A stretch of DNA of 60,134 nt, filler included, from Porpidia crustulata (GCA_964255105.1; 11 parts of 11 records of this genome joined end to end with filler, not necessarily neighbours in it); one strand, 5' to 3'; shown: positions 35,379 through 49,340, counted from the first letter of the whole stretch. Numbers and translations are program-made. Notes: generated by a model not told the origin, from the letters alone.

Positions 35379-38277
35379 ATGGACGACGCAGAGCTTCAAG
35401 CTTCGCCTCGTAAGAAAATCAAGGCTGAGCATGTCTCCCTAGACGGAGCCATGGAGGACGTTGGAGAGATTGCAAACGTGACGATGCCTGATGCGCCCCC
35501 CTTGCTGGAAGATGACCCTAGTGCTCGCCCGAGCAAAGAGGCCGAGTGTGGTATAACGGAATATGTGAACCCTAATCTTCCAGGCTTTACAGGCGTCTTG
35601 AAGAAAAGGTAAGCGAATTGGGGCCAATCACTCTACTTCTTGAGACTAACGTGATCGCAATTTAGGTATACGGACTTCTTAGTCAATGAAATACTTCCTA
35701 CTGGCGAGGTAGTTCACCTTGATAGTCTCAGAGGCCTACGTAAGACTCACCAAGATAATTTATCAGCGAACCGAGCGGACCCTTCAGACTCGGTGTCGGA
35801 TGACCACCGAGCTCCTCCCGAGCCAGTGATCTGTCACTTGACTCAAGATGAGCTTGTCCTGCCGCGACCCCCGAACCCAGAGCATCAGGCCTCAAATGAG
35901 CCATTGAAAAACGAGCAAATCCCGCAGCACATATCCCAACAATCAGTGTTGCCCAAGAACCATGATACCAAAGTTCCACCGCATCTACAAATCGCCAAGG
36001 ATGTGTCAGCTAATGCGCAAAACGCCAGTGACTTAGCAGCAGAGACGATCGTGACGTTGGATACGCCAGTCAGGCGGAAAGAAAAGACGATTCTGCGGCA
36101 GACTAGTTCGGGCCTCGTAGTAGTTAATGAGCAGAAAGATGCCAGCGCGCACAGGGAGACAGGTCTAGAGCAATCTGGCCACGCCAATGATGGGGACAAA
36201 GACTCACCACAGCCAAAGGCTGCTGAGCCAGCCTCTTCTTCAACAGTAGACTGGCAATCTTATGCCGAGCCTTCTAGCGGGTTTCAGGTAGTTTATACGC
36301 TGAGTTCTACATATATGGGCCGCTGACTCCATGTAGCCCTCTTCCGAGGATAGAGATCTTCTGATATCATACTTTGACGCAAGTTTTGTCGATTCAATTG
36401 TTTCTCTTTACAATCGCATACTCAACTCACCACATAGAAACCCAAAAGACCATGGTGTCGTCAAGTCGGCAGTTATCGATCGTGAGACACGGACCAAAAT
36501 CCATCAAGCCGTTAGACGTATCTTTAGCTCTCGACTGGAAAGTACAACCGGAGATGATGGTACTATGGTTGTGGCTGCTGCTGCACCAGCTGGTGGAGGT
36601 AAATCAGGCTGGAATATGAGGAACTCGGTGGGAGGTGGAGGTCGGAATGGCCGCGACGGTAGGCGAGGAGATGGTCGCAATAATGGCCGAGACGGTGCCC
36701 CGAGGCCATTCCAACAGAAGGAAAAGCCAGGTTGGCAAGAACTCGGAGGAGAGTATCTGCATTTCTCCTTGCTCAAGGAAAACAAAGACACCATGGAAGT
36801 CATCTCATACTTGGCCAGGTCATTGAAGATGAAACCGCAATCTTTCCAATTCGCTGGTACGAAAGATCGACGTGGAGTCACTGTCCAGCGAGTCAGTGTC
36901 TACCATGTCTACGCAGATCGTTTAATCACTGCCGGTCGTACTCTGAGGAACGCGAAGATAGGGAATTACACATATCAACCTCATAGTCTACAGCTTGGCG
37001 AGTTGACCGGTAACGAGTTCACAATCACTTTACGAGATTGCGATTTCCGGTCTGGTGCTGGACTTGAAGCGATAGAGCAGGTAAACCAAGCTTCTCGGAT
37101 TGTGGGTACTGCAATTCAGAATCTTGGTGAAAGGGGCTTCATCAATTACTACGGACTCCAGCGATTCGGAACTTTCTCAACACGAACAGACGACGTAGGT
37201 ATCAAGATGCTCCAAGGTAATTTCGAAGCTGCCGTCAAGGCTATCCTCGATTACAGCCCCACATCCCTGGCCGCCGCCCAAGATCCCATGTCTGCAAATG
37301 ACAAAATCTCCAGGGAAGACAAAGCCCGTGCATACGCGATACACACCTTCCAAACCACTGGCAAAAGCCACCCAGCCGCCGACGAAATGCCCAGGAAATT
37401 CTCCGCCGAAACGAATATCATCCGCTTTTTGGGAAATCCGGACCATAAAAATAACTACCTCGGCGCTCTACAAATGATCTCACGTCATCTGCGACTCATG
37501 TACGTCCACGCCTATCAGTCTCTAGTTTGGAATGCTGCCGCCAGCGAGCGCTGGAGCCGCTTCGGCGATACAATCCTAGCAGGCGACCTCGTCCTAGTGG
37601 ATGAACACAAGGACAAGACCACAAACGGTGCCGACGCACCTGACGAGATAGACGCTGATGGCGAACAAGTCGTCCATCCCCACATGGACGACCGCGCCGC
37701 CAACATAGAAGACTTCTTCACTCGCGCACGAGCCCTTACGAAAGAAGAAGCCGAAAGCGGACAGTACACCATCTTCGACGTCGTCCTACCCCCCCCCGGG
37801 TACGACCTGCTCGACCCCGCCAACCCCCGCCCAGCCGTCAACAAACCCGTCAAGGCCCGCCCCCGCCGCGGCGGCCTGGACCCGCACGACATGCGCCGCC
37901 AGTGGCGCGACATCAGCCTCAGCGGTAGCTACCGCAAACTGCTCGCCCGGCCCGGCGAAGCCATTTCGTACGAGATCAAAACCTACACGAACGAGGACGA
38001 GCAATTCGTCGAGACCGATCTCGATAGGCTCAGCAAGGGTGGGCCGCGCGCCGCCGCTCAAGCACCGACCACCGCCGCTGCTAACAAAAATGGTGCTGAC
38101 AACGGTGCAGCGGAGGGGAAAGAAGATCCCGACGCCGGAACCGCAAAGCCGCGGAAACTCGCCGTGATTCTGAAACTGCAGCTCGGCTCGAGCCAGTACG
38201 CGACCATGGCGCTGCGCGAACTGATGAAGTCCGGGGGTGTGAGGACGTGGAAGCCTGATTTCGGTGGCGGGCGATGA
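35379..38277 (+). CDS. PUS7: Multisubstrate pseudouridine synthase 7 (TruD family), 3 exons
   Basis: GVLKKR/YTDFLVNEI, KENKDTMEVI, catalytic FAGTKDRRGVTVQ, GFINYYGLQRFG, LSGSYRK and SSQYATMALRE. Introns 35609-35665 and about 36288-36337. Confidence 0.95.
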
Positions 38278-38437
38278 ATTGGGGAAATCGGTGGGGGAAA
38301 TGGGNNNNNNNNNNNNNNNNNNNNNNNNNNNNNNNNNNNNNNNNNNNNTTAATTAATTAANNNNNNNNNNNNNNNNNNNNNNNNNNNNNNNNNNNNNNNN
38401 NNNNGAAGGGAAGGATGTTAGGGGAGGAGAGGCTTAC

Positions 38438-38579
38438 GGTAGAGGACTTCGTCTTGGCGCATGCAGTCGGCATCCCAATCTCGACCGAAGCGGATGACGA
38501 CCAGGCGTTCTTCTTCGCCCATGATGGCTTGATCGACGTGCCAGCCTGTGACTAGATGAGGGAGGACCACGGAACCCAT
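38438..38579 (-). CDS. DIB1: U5 snRNP protein Dib1/Dim1, first exon only
   Basis: MGSVVLPHLVTGWHVDQAIMGEEERLVVIRFGRDWDADCMRQDEVLY, then a GTAAGC donor. Not in the ORF track. Confidence 0.95.
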
Positions 38580-41361
38580 GGTACTGATGACGGGACTATG
38601 TTTGGGAGCAGCGACAGAAGTTGTAGCAGTTGATACGATGGGGCATTTGACGGTGGAGGTGCGACATAGAAAGTGTGCTATAGTATCAATGTAATATACA
38701 GCTAGCGTGATCGAATGATACGTTCAGGGTATGTATCTAGTCAATCTTGTCAATGAGTGCTACCACTTCACACATCCATGTGTTTACTGTTGATCACAGC
38801 ATACATAGCCGTGACACTGGATGTGACAATTTCAGCAGCATATGCCACTCGAGCGCTTCTCCCGCCCCTGACTTCATCGGTTTCGAATGCTCCCATCGAT
38901 AAAGTCAATACGCAACGCTCAGTCGCATGACCCCCAGGACTTGCAAGGAACAGGCCAATGCAGCAGAAGGTCGACGATATCTTTCGGATGATGAAGGCCA
39001 AGGCTATGGCCTATCTGGCCCATTTAAGATGAGAAAGTAGGATTATGAAGCGGAACACTGATGAGTTACAGGAAGCGAAAGCGAAAGCTATAAAGCAGAC
39101 GGAGTATTTGAGGTTCTTGTCGAAGCCTGTTGCTTGATACAAGTGAGTAGTTCCCCTTTCCGTTGTCATTACACCGAGGTAAATGTGGGTTTCTTTTGTT
39201 AATCATGATACTGCTACCATTGAGTTTGCATGCTTGATATACTGCGAAGTGAAACACATCATCGTCACATGGTCTTTGAGCTCATCGTTCAGGCCGGGAA
39301 AACCACCGTACTTAAGTCTTTTTTTTGCCCCATGTTCAAAGTCTCAAGTAGGATTTATCATTGTTCGAGAGATTCTCCATGAATGAAGTTTCAATCCTTC
39401 CGTCGATCTAAGGCACAAACGTTGAATGTAGACCGGGATGAAGCAGGTCCGTCTTCTAGTCACCATGGATCAGTTTCATATGCTAAGAATTTTATATTAT
39501 ATATTACTCCTATTCACTGATGCAGATCCTTAACACCGGGACGGTAGCATTGCAATGAAGTAGATTTAGTCTTCAATGCCTAAGCTAGAAAGTATTTGGT
39601 TTGTACAAGTACTCGAACACGCTGTTGTTCCGACTAAGCTCCCAACGGGTGCTTCTTACGAATTTCCACGTGTTTAAAGCTTGCCAAAACTACCTTTCAG
39701 CGTCAAATTCTCGAGGAATTGTAGACGCCATCCTCAAGTCTTGATCAAAATTTGTAACAAGACTATATACGACGACTTCTCAAATCAAATCACCATAATG
39801 GCCAATAGTCAGACCCGACCCCCGACAAGTCGCGTAGCTTTATATGATGCTGTCAACGATTCTTCATGGTACGAATGGCTTCTTTATCCTGATACGAGCT
39901 GTCCGGCAAGCAAAGCTTCCAATTCTTGCTGGACAAGATCTTTCTTTGGTGAAGAGGAAGAGGATGGAGATTTATTTAGGTTGTCCCAGCTCTATGACCA
40001 CCTTCATAGCACTAAATGTCTGACGACTACGGAGGGAAATCGATCTGATTATGACCTAAAATATCATGGGCTTCTTCCGGCCAGCTCCGCGTAGAGCCCG
40101 GGTATTTTAGATCGGCTAGTATTTGACTCCCTGGTAGCCACACACGGTTCCAAGGCATTCGGGGTATGGGAAGTCAGAGAAGTGGAGAAAGAATGGCGAA
40201 GACATTGAAAGGATAGCCCCAATATCCAAGTCTCGAGAAAAGTCAGGACAAGAGATTGGAAAAGAAAGTACATTGGTTGACATTGTACAACTGATTTCCA
40301 AACAGGTAGTCATACCTCAAACGTCCTCATGCCAAGGTGTCTGGAGATTCTCGCTACCCCAAAACCTACTGCTCAAGCTTCCACAAGGTAATCTTGCGAC
40401 AAACACTGGGATGATTATCTAGCGAAAGCCCAGACAGCGGTCTTGAAAAGGTTCTACCTTGAGCAAGAGTCACCTAACTCAAAGCCAGAATCCGCTGATG
40501 TCCTTCTCACACATGGAGTTCGACTCATTTTGTATCAAATTTACCCGATGGCCTGGACTAGCTAAGCAAAGAATATTGGGAAGCTCTCGTCAGCTCATAC
40601 CAATAGTCTGAAACGGGAACCATGAACAATCAAGAATCATCAGTCATCCACGGCGCTGCAGCATCGAATTTACCCATGCATGAATACACAGAATGTCGAT
40701 TTCATCATATGAAACGATCATGGGGTGTCTGATCATAAAAGAGAGTCGCGAACCAAGAAAAATAACTCCATCCAGCCTAGCGCCTTGATATTGCGACTAT
40801 TTCGCCTACCCGAGATTTTAGCAATTACCATGTTTGTGCGCAAGTCGGGAGGCTTACCCTTTCTAACACCTTTCCAAGAACCACCAAATTTACGCTATTA
40901 CATCGCGATGGTGCTGATTCGTGAGGGGGTCGGAGTCACGAAGATGGCGTACCATGGATCGTGTCTGAGCAAGTTTGCGCTTTGCTAGTGCTTCCGGTAT
41001 TGCATTTCTTGGCGACTCTCCAAAAACCTATATATACCCCGAGGTTAGAGCCAGCAACAAAGTCTATTTTCCATCGCTCTGATCGTACTCAAAAAAATTT
41101 CATCATCACTGTGGCTCAATATAATTGATTTCATCTTCGTTCAGGACAGGGGACCAAATACTAGCCTTTCTCATTATCGCAAATAATGGCATGAAGCCTT
41201 TCTCGTCCTTCTGGGAGATGGTTTTGTACATTATCACTGTGATAGAGAACCGTCAGCAACGCGAGGGTATATCGATATCAGGGACGGTGATGAATTACTG
41301 TATATTTCTTACAGACTTTGCGAAGCTGCTGTTCTCTGATTGACGGCAGCTAGCTCTGAGT

Positions 41362-41441
41362 CCCTGATACTAGTGGGCTCTGATACTAGTGGGCTCTGGT
41401 ACTGGTAGGCTCTGATATTGGTGGGCTCTGATACTGGTGGG
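41362..41441 (+). repeat. 16-bp minisatellite CTCTGATACTRGTGGG x5
   Basis: Units start at 41362, 41378, 41394, 41410 and 41426. Confidence 0.9.
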
Positions 41442-43876
41442 GAGGAGTAAGTCGACGCTGAAGAGTGACGCCAGCCAAGGGCAGACGAAGAGCGTTATGA
41501 CGGCGTGCTCTACTGACGGCGAGAGGTGCGTGGGAGCTATGCTTTGTTTAGCCAGAGCTTTGATAGGGACCGAGTCAACGCTGAACGTTGCCTAGGGGTA
41601 GAGTATCCCAATAGAAGCCGTCGCTAGAAGATCGTCATAGCGGAGAAGAGATCCGGTTACGACTGCTCTCATCACATGCTTCTGCTGCACAGGGGGCGTA
41701 CTCATGAGGGTATTTCTCTATCTGAAACGGGGTCTGAGAGCAATTGATATCGAGGCTCGAAGACTCCTGCACCAGAAGTAGCATAAGAGCATGCATCCAT
41801 GATATCTTCAACCAGGACGTTGCCTATCAAAATTGGAGCGAGAGGGGGGGTACAAAGGCAGAGATAAGCTGGGCGAGTATTGTGGGAAGATGGAGAACGG
41901 AACACAGAGAAGACTCTTCTATAAACACAAAGGAAGAAGCTAAAATGGCCAATCTCTCTTGGTTCCTCAAATGGGAAGGCGAAGGGCCCCTCTGCCCTCA
42001 GGGTGGGCAAGTAGTATGGCAATTCGGGGATGCTCCTTCCTAGGATTTCATCATGAAGTTCAGTCACTCAGGGAGTGCGTCCGACTACTATCCTCTAGTT
42101 TCAATGGCTCTAAGTGCTTTTATTTATCTCCTATATCTGAATTCTACATCAGGTCCTTTCTGTCCCTTGTATCGCCTGATGCTAACGTCATAGGGTCTGC
42201 AGCTCTCAGAAGAATTCACAATCGAGGTTTTTGTTCATTCCTCTCTGGAGCGCAGTCACGATTCCAAAGGATGATCTCAAGAACCTCAGGGATACACAAT
42301 TTTCAATCGACGTGCTATCCAGCCGAATTCGTGAGAGGCTTGACGCCACTACTCTATGTTCAAAACAATATGCACTCGAAGGTTCAGAGACCTAATGAAT
42401 CTTGACGGCCGTCTTCTTTGGGTGGTCAAGTAGACTTATGAAGTCTGCAAAATACTCATACTATCTCCATCGCCGCGGACTAGACGAATTCTGTAAAGCA
42501 TGTGCATATCAAACTTATATTTCTACATAGAGGCATGGATACTTAAATTTGATATACGCAAATCGTTATTTGATAAAATACCGACATACGCCATCAAATA
42601 CTTTCAATACATTCCACCATCTCCGACCAGGGGAGGAGTTAAGAAAAGCTCGCTAGAAATCCAGACAGCAAACAGCTTCCACGTCGGTAAATGAAAGATA
42701 TTCTCGAACCCTAGATCAAGAAAGAGAACAACCGTAAGATCCGGACTGAAGCTGAAATATCTCCTCTCAACAAACGGCCACAAGTCCAGCAACAACGGGT
42801 ATGGAAAGCCCGCGACAAACAGCCAAGAGCTCAGCTTAATTTCCAATCCACATCGCAGTATAAACGTGTGCAGTCGCAGCGCCCAGATCTATACTTTTAG
42901 GTTTAATCCCTCCTATCGAAGGAGCTGTGACAACCTTCCAAAACCCCTCGCAAAGCAACTACCATCAACAACCAAAATTCCTACTACCATGCAACCATAC
43001 TCCAATCAAAGAGAACTATTCAAACAAACATATCTCGAATATCACCCCCAATTTCCGATTCTAAACAGAACTTCATCGCAAAGCATTACCCGATGCGCTA
43101 CCCCAACCTATCGCATCCAGCCAATCTACCCCGAAAGCTCACCAAACTCTCGTAATAAGAGGAGAGAGAGAGCTCAGGCATTCAATAATTATACTATACC
43201 CATAGCGAGCATCCTAATCTATCCGAAAAGAAAGCCCAATCCCAAAAAAGCAGATGTAGTAGTAGCACAGCCTCGATCCGGACACTTACGAATTGATCAT
43301 GAGAATAATCACATTTCGACATTTTTTCTTAGATCACGTTCCTTTCCGCTTTTTCACTTCCCGCGCGCGTCTGGCGCGGAATCCCTCATCCGGAACCATC
43401 ATATGACAACAACAACCTTCATATACCAAACATACTCAAGTTTTTCAGAGTCCATTGGTTTCAGAAAAAGTTTTAGAAAAAGTTTTGGGAATCACGGATC
43501 ATTTTGATATAAAATGAGTCAGATGCCAAGCCATAATACCTCGATACCTCGACGTCCTTTTTTCCCCCTTTTTTCTTGGATTCTCTCCACACTCCAACCT
43601 ATCCCATCCCTTCTTTTCTTTGCATAAAAAAAAAAACCATCCACAGTGTTCGTTTCCTCATCAAAAATAAAAAAATTCGACATTCTAGAATTGAATTGCG
43701 AATTCGAGGGGTGATGATTGTGCCTCCGTCCCAGTACCCCCCCCTTCGATTTCTCGAGAGAGCAATATGTGAAAACNNNNNNNNNNNNNNNNNNNNNNNN
43801 NNNNNNNNNNNNNNNNNNNNTTAATTAATTAANNNNNNNNNNNNNNNNNNNNNNNNNNNNNNNNNNNNNNNNNNNN

Positions 43877-44260
43877 GTCAGCCGAATGGCATAGCACAGT
43901 GGTATTTGGAGTTACTGACTTCCCCAGCCAACAGGCTTACCAGTGGGCTCAGCCAGATGGCTTAGCACAGGAGTTACTGACTCCCCCAGCCAAAATACTT
44001 ACCAGTGGGCTCAGCCAGATGGCTTAGCACAGGAGTTACTGACTCCCCCAGCCAGAAGACTCTGCAGTGGGCCCAGGCAGATGGCTTAGCACTGATACTT
44101 TGATCCCTCCAGCCAACGGGCTTAGCGGTGCCAGCCAAAGAGCTTCGCCAGGACATTTATTCCATCAGTCAAATGACTGAGAGGTGCCAGCCAAAGGACT
44201 TAGCCATGATATTTGTTCCTCCAGTCAAATGACTTCGAGGTGTCAGTCAAAGAACTTAGC
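43877..44260. repeat. Compound tandem array: 62-bp unit x3, then 56-bp unit x about 2.4
   Basis: GGAGTTACTGAC at 43908, 43970 and 44032. GGTGYCAGYCAAAG at 44127, 44183 and 44239. Confidence 0.9.
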
Positions 44261-45026
44261 AATTGCATCTATTCGGAGCTTCGTATCATATAAATCCGTC
44301 ATCTTTACGTCTCATTATTCCGATGTCTTGTCTCCTTTTTTCGCCTTTCCTTATCTTGTGCTCACTGAGGACTTCACTCAAAGCGTAGGTTTCAGTATTC
44401 CACAGTATCCCTTCGTCTGGCAAACGAGGATTATCGAGCACCATACCACTTTAATGAATGTACGCGATACCTATCATGGTAAGACCGAAGCCAAAGAAGT
44501 AGCCGATATAGGCAACGGGTATACCTGTATAGGTATGGTCACCGCAATCCTGTAAGAGGCTTCGTGTGCATGACGTATATACTTTCGACCGATGATTGCA
44601 ACGGCGATAGCCTTGATTGTGAGTTATCATCCTCCGAACGGAACAACAAGTAGCTGACGGTGGTTAATAGAAGGACTAACCCGGGCTCATAACCTATTAG
44701 CAAATATCAGGTATGGAATTGGCATTGATGTTGTTGTTGCTAGAAGGGTGCTATCGAAGGGGTAAATACGGGTAAAGGAGGATGGTCTAAAAAATTCTGC
44801 AACTGGCTCTCAATGTGGCCTGCTGAGGGGTGAGAGGGAGTAACGCCCTAAGCCCTATGTGGCGAAGATTTGCAAACCTTCGTGTCCAACACCGTTGGCT
44901 TGACACTTTACTGTCGAACAAATACACGCGATATCATATAAACTCATAAGTAACAACACTAGTGCTTGTGATAATTGAAACACGAGTGAGACATGATAAT
45001 TCGCAGTGGCTGGTGAAGCCGGTCAT

Positions 45027-45038
45027 TGGACCTCGGCA
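45027..45038 (+). promoter_or_regulatory. FarA/FarB-type CCTCGG element upstream of PEX6
   Basis: TGGACCTCGGCA lies about 105 bp upstream of the ATG. CCTCGG is the known Far core in Aspergillus peroxisome and fatty-acid genes. Confidence 0.5.
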
Positions 45039-45141
45039 CAAATGAGGAACGGGCACGCGCTTCATCCAGGCCGAGCTTGCTCAATCTGACAGGCCCCATG
45101 AGCATACTACACAAAGCTCTTTGCTTCTGAGCCTGAACTTG

Positions 45142-48100
45142 ATGGAGGACCAAGCTACAGCCATAGACCATCCCAAACGAAGACGCCGAAGAAGAAGATC
45201 TGATTTCACACCTATCCCTGGATCGCTCATCTTGAGCGAGAATATCAAGGGAGATGTTGGAGTTTTGTCAGACGATCTATGGGCTAATCTATGCAACTAT
45301 GCGTCCTCCGATGTGGGAGTCAAGTATAGGAACTCCGATGTACGATACATTGCTGTATCCCCATGGACAAAGATTCTTCAGCAACATGTGACAGATGCGA
45401 AATGGACACTGTTACCAGTGCGCGCGCAGAAACAAGACTCTGAAACGGCAACCAGACTATCCTCATCCTCGTCCTCACTTCGATTTCCAGCCTCCTCGCC
45501 CGCTCTTCGCTCTTTTGCTGAAGCCCTAGACGCCAGTCCGATTCTTAAAGGGGATGCCAAGGGTGAACGGGGCTTCAAGATTCAGATGCTGGATGTTGAA
45601 CCTATACCACTCGACGCTATGTACGTAATGGTCGATGGAGATGCTCTAAACAGGCATGACCAGGTACAGAAAAAATTCGGGGGAGGCTTTGGAGCTCATC
45701 TCAATGGCTTCAAAAATAAAGGCAAAGGGAAGGACAAACTTAGGTTGTCCGCGCATGAAGAAGGTATCAATAGCTCTTCCGCCACACCGCTGGGTCAAGA
45801 ACAGCAAGATCGATTGATAGCTGCTATACGTGGAGCATTTCTATCTTCAAACATTGTACGGCAGGGCGATCTCCTTCCGTTGCCGCTACCAACGCATCCA
45901 ATCACTCATGTACCTTTTCCCCCTGCCAAAATAACTCTTGCTGAACCCGTAAGCCAAGGACTGCTATCACCCAATACTAAGATTGTTGTAAGTAGAACTT
46001 CTCGTAAAGGCCAGTCTAGTCGCACCTTGAATAGCTTAGCAAGTATACGATCTATTGCTGGAAAAATCATCCGGGACGATGACGAGGAATCTAGCGAACA
46101 CTTCTTCTCTGCCGTCGAAGATGAAAATTACCCTCGGCCAGTAAATTTGGAATCGGAAGAACCCACTTCTGACTCAGATAGCTCCGATAAAGAGGACGGA
46201 AGCTTTTCGGACGATTCATTAGATAATATGATATCCATGAGCACTCCAAACCTGCCACAAGTACCGTCTGGTGCACTTTCCTCAATGACTGCAGCGACAC
46301 CTCGGCCTGGCATGTCTCGAGCGAATGGCGTCAGTACGACTGGCTCAGTGTTCTCAGATTTCACAGCTACAACTGCTCGTCGACATTCTACAGCTTCCGG
46401 GATGACTTTTAGAGTGAGAGGTCTCGTCAGTAAAGTCCCTGACGATCTCCTCCACCCAAGGCCAGCAATTGACGAAGATGACGAGGCTAGAATTTTTGTG
46501 GATGTGAAGTTTCTTGTCAAATTGGGCTGTTTTTCCGGCGACTGGATCAAAGTGGAAGTGGCCTCAGCATCAGCGACTAGCCAAGACCTGCATTGGGGAG
46601 TCAAGGCCTTGGGAGGTGGCGACACTGAAGCTGTTGAGTTTAGACCATTGAAAATCTATGGTATATCTAATCTGACTCCAAACGCAACGCCTCAATATCC
46701 CAAATCTAGCGTTCTGAACAGGCGATCAAGTGCAATCGCAATTGCCAGCCGACCGAAGCCAATGGCATGGTTATCACCAATTATGCTTGCAAACATTGGT
46801 CAGCCTGAAGTCCTGAAGCTGTCCCGTCTGTTTGGTGCCGGTAGGCAAAATGTTTCCCCATCAGTAAGCAATCGGGACGAAAAGCATGACTTGGAGACAC
46901 CTCCTCTTGCTAGGGAAGTAACACTGCTCAGGATTTCCACGCCATTTTCTACAGAGCGGTCGATGCAAACAGGCATACTCACGGCACTCAAGCAATACTT
47001 CGAGTGTAAGCGCCGAATCTTAAGAAAAGGCGACCTTGTGGCTCTGAGAGTTGACGCAGGAGTCAGTAGGCTACTTGCTCATAATTCAGCATCAGAAGAC
47101 GTTAATCGAGAAGCTGAAGAATTGCTGAGCGGTTTACCCGACGGTGGGCTCGGGAAAACCGATTCATTAGGTGTGGCTTGGTTTCGACTTGGACAGATTC
47201 TTTTGCCAGCATCTTCCGAGGATGGCCACTTGACGAGTGATGAGACATGGGGGAGTGTAGCCTGTATTGAACCTATGCATACCAGGATGGTACAAGCCGG
47301 AAGTGAGCAGAGGAAAGTTCCTGCAGTTCTAGAAAACACATGGGAATACTATCTCAACGTCAAACCAATTCCCAAATTATACCACTCTCCAGGACATCAG
47401 ATAGAATCAACAGCCGAACTTCCCAAGGTCCACGTTGTACCCCTGCGACGTCGCCTTCGTGGGCTATTAGCCGCAGCTACCAATCCGAGGGCCCTGCATC
47501 TTGGTATGGGTCCGATGGTGATACTTGTACATTCGACTCAAAGGAGCATCGGGAAAGCAACATTAGTGACACGTGCCTGTTCAGATTTAGGAATCCATAC
47601 TTTTTCCATCGATGCTTTCGATGTATTAACTGAAGAGGGTGCTGGGGGTGCTGAGATGAAAGCGGAAATATCCCTGAAAAGCAGAGCAGAAAGAGCCATG
47701 AGCTGCGGACCGGAAGTCATTGCTCTCATGATCCGTCACATAGATGCTTTGACGGGTGATCGCATGTTGTCTGCACTGACAGAGCTAGTGCAAGGTCTCA
47801 GAGTGCTTATAGCTACTACCACCGATATTGATAGTATTTCTGACGGGATACGAGGTTTGTTTACGCATGAACTAGAATACTCGGCGCCCGACGAAGGTGA
47901 GAGGGAAAGCATTCTACGCGAGATCATCGAGCAAAGGGATATTAGGTTGGCAAATGACGTTGACTTGTCTGCAATCGCGATCAAAAGCGCTGCTCTTGTG
48001 GGTGGTGACTTGGTCGATATTGTTGAAAGAGCCGCAGTGGCTCGCCAAAACCGGTTGGACAGCCTAGTAAGAAGAATCAACGACGACAAGAAGCGCTTGG

Positions 48101-49240
48101 CCCCTACCATGATACGAGATCTGCTCGTCTCTGGGGGTGAGAGTGCTTGTTGTGTCACAAAGTCCGATTTTGATATCGCAGTGGAAGCGGCTCGAAAGAA
48201 CTTTGCAGATGCGATCGGTGCACCGAAGATTCCGAATGTCAGCTGGGACGATGTGGGAGGTCTCGAAAACGTCAAAGACGCGGTCATGGAGACCATTCAA
48301 CTGCCACTAGAACGTCCAGAGCTATTCGCAAAGGGCATGAAGAAAAGAAGTGGTATACTGTTCTACGGACCTCCTGGAACTGGCAAGACTCTCCTCGCAA
48401 AAGCCATCGCAACCGAGTTCTCTCTTAACTTTTTCTCCGTCAAAGGACCGGAGCTACTCAACATGTATATCGGCGAATCCGAAGCTAATGTCCGACGTGT
48501 ATTCCAAAGAGCCCGAGACGCCAGACCTTGCGTCGTCTTTTTCGACGAGCTTGATTCTGTGGCTCCGAAACGAGGCAATCAAGGCGATAGCGGTGGCGTT
48601 ATGGATCGGATTGTCAGCCAGCTTCTCGCCGAATTAGACGGCATGAGCGATGGCGAGGAAGGGGCAGGCGGCGTTTTTGTCATCGGAGCCACTAACCGTC
48701 CAGATCTACTTGACCAGGCTCTCCTGCGACCGGGGAGGTTCGATAAGATGCTGTATCTTGGTGTATCCGATACACATGACAAGCAACTCACAATCCTAGA
48801 AGCCCTGACTCGCAAATTCAACGTGCATCCTGATATGTCTCTCCACCGAGTCGCCGAGTCGCTTCCTTTTACCTACACGGGAGCTGATCTCTATGCGCTC
48901 TGCTCAGATGCCATGCTCAAAGCTATCACGAGACAGGCATCAGCTATCAATACCAAGATCCAATCTTTACCAAACGGGCCAGTAACTACAGCTTACTTTT
49001 TCGACCATCTTGCAGGTCCAGACGATGTGGCGGTAATGGTGACAGAAATGGACTTTTCGACCGCCCAGAAGGAGCTCGTCGGGAGCGTAAGGTAAACTCC
49101 GAATTCCGAACCATTGCTTTTCAGGAAATTTTACTCACCATCCTGAAGCGCCAAAGAACTCGAACACTACCAGCGCGTCCGCCGGACCTTTGAAGGCCCC
49201 GCCATCAACCCTTCAAAAGCTCCAACTCCAACTCCCGGAC
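45142..49240 (+). CDS. PEX6: Peroxisomal AAA+ ATPase Pex6, extreme 3' end truncated
   Basis: Degenerate D1 (STQRSIGKAT), IGAPKIPNVSWDDVGGL, GPPGTGKT, VFFDELD and GATNRPDLLDQALLRPGRFD. Intron 49092-49148, then SAKELEHYQRVR. Confidence 0.96.
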
Positions 49241-49340
49241 NNNNNNNNNNNNNNNNNNNNNNNNNNNNNNNNNNNNNNNNNNNNTTAATTAATTAANNNN
49301 NNNNNNNNNNNNNNNNNNNNNNNNNNNNNNNNNNNNNNNN

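Noticed and set aside
41744..42090. Faint SET-domain-like words (DKLGEYCG, ANLSWFL) in different frames
   Set aside because: Too degenerate, with no NHS motif. Needs a profile search.
43877..44260. CRISPR array
   Set aside because: The spacers are themselves repeated, the DNA is eukaryotic, and there are no cas genes.
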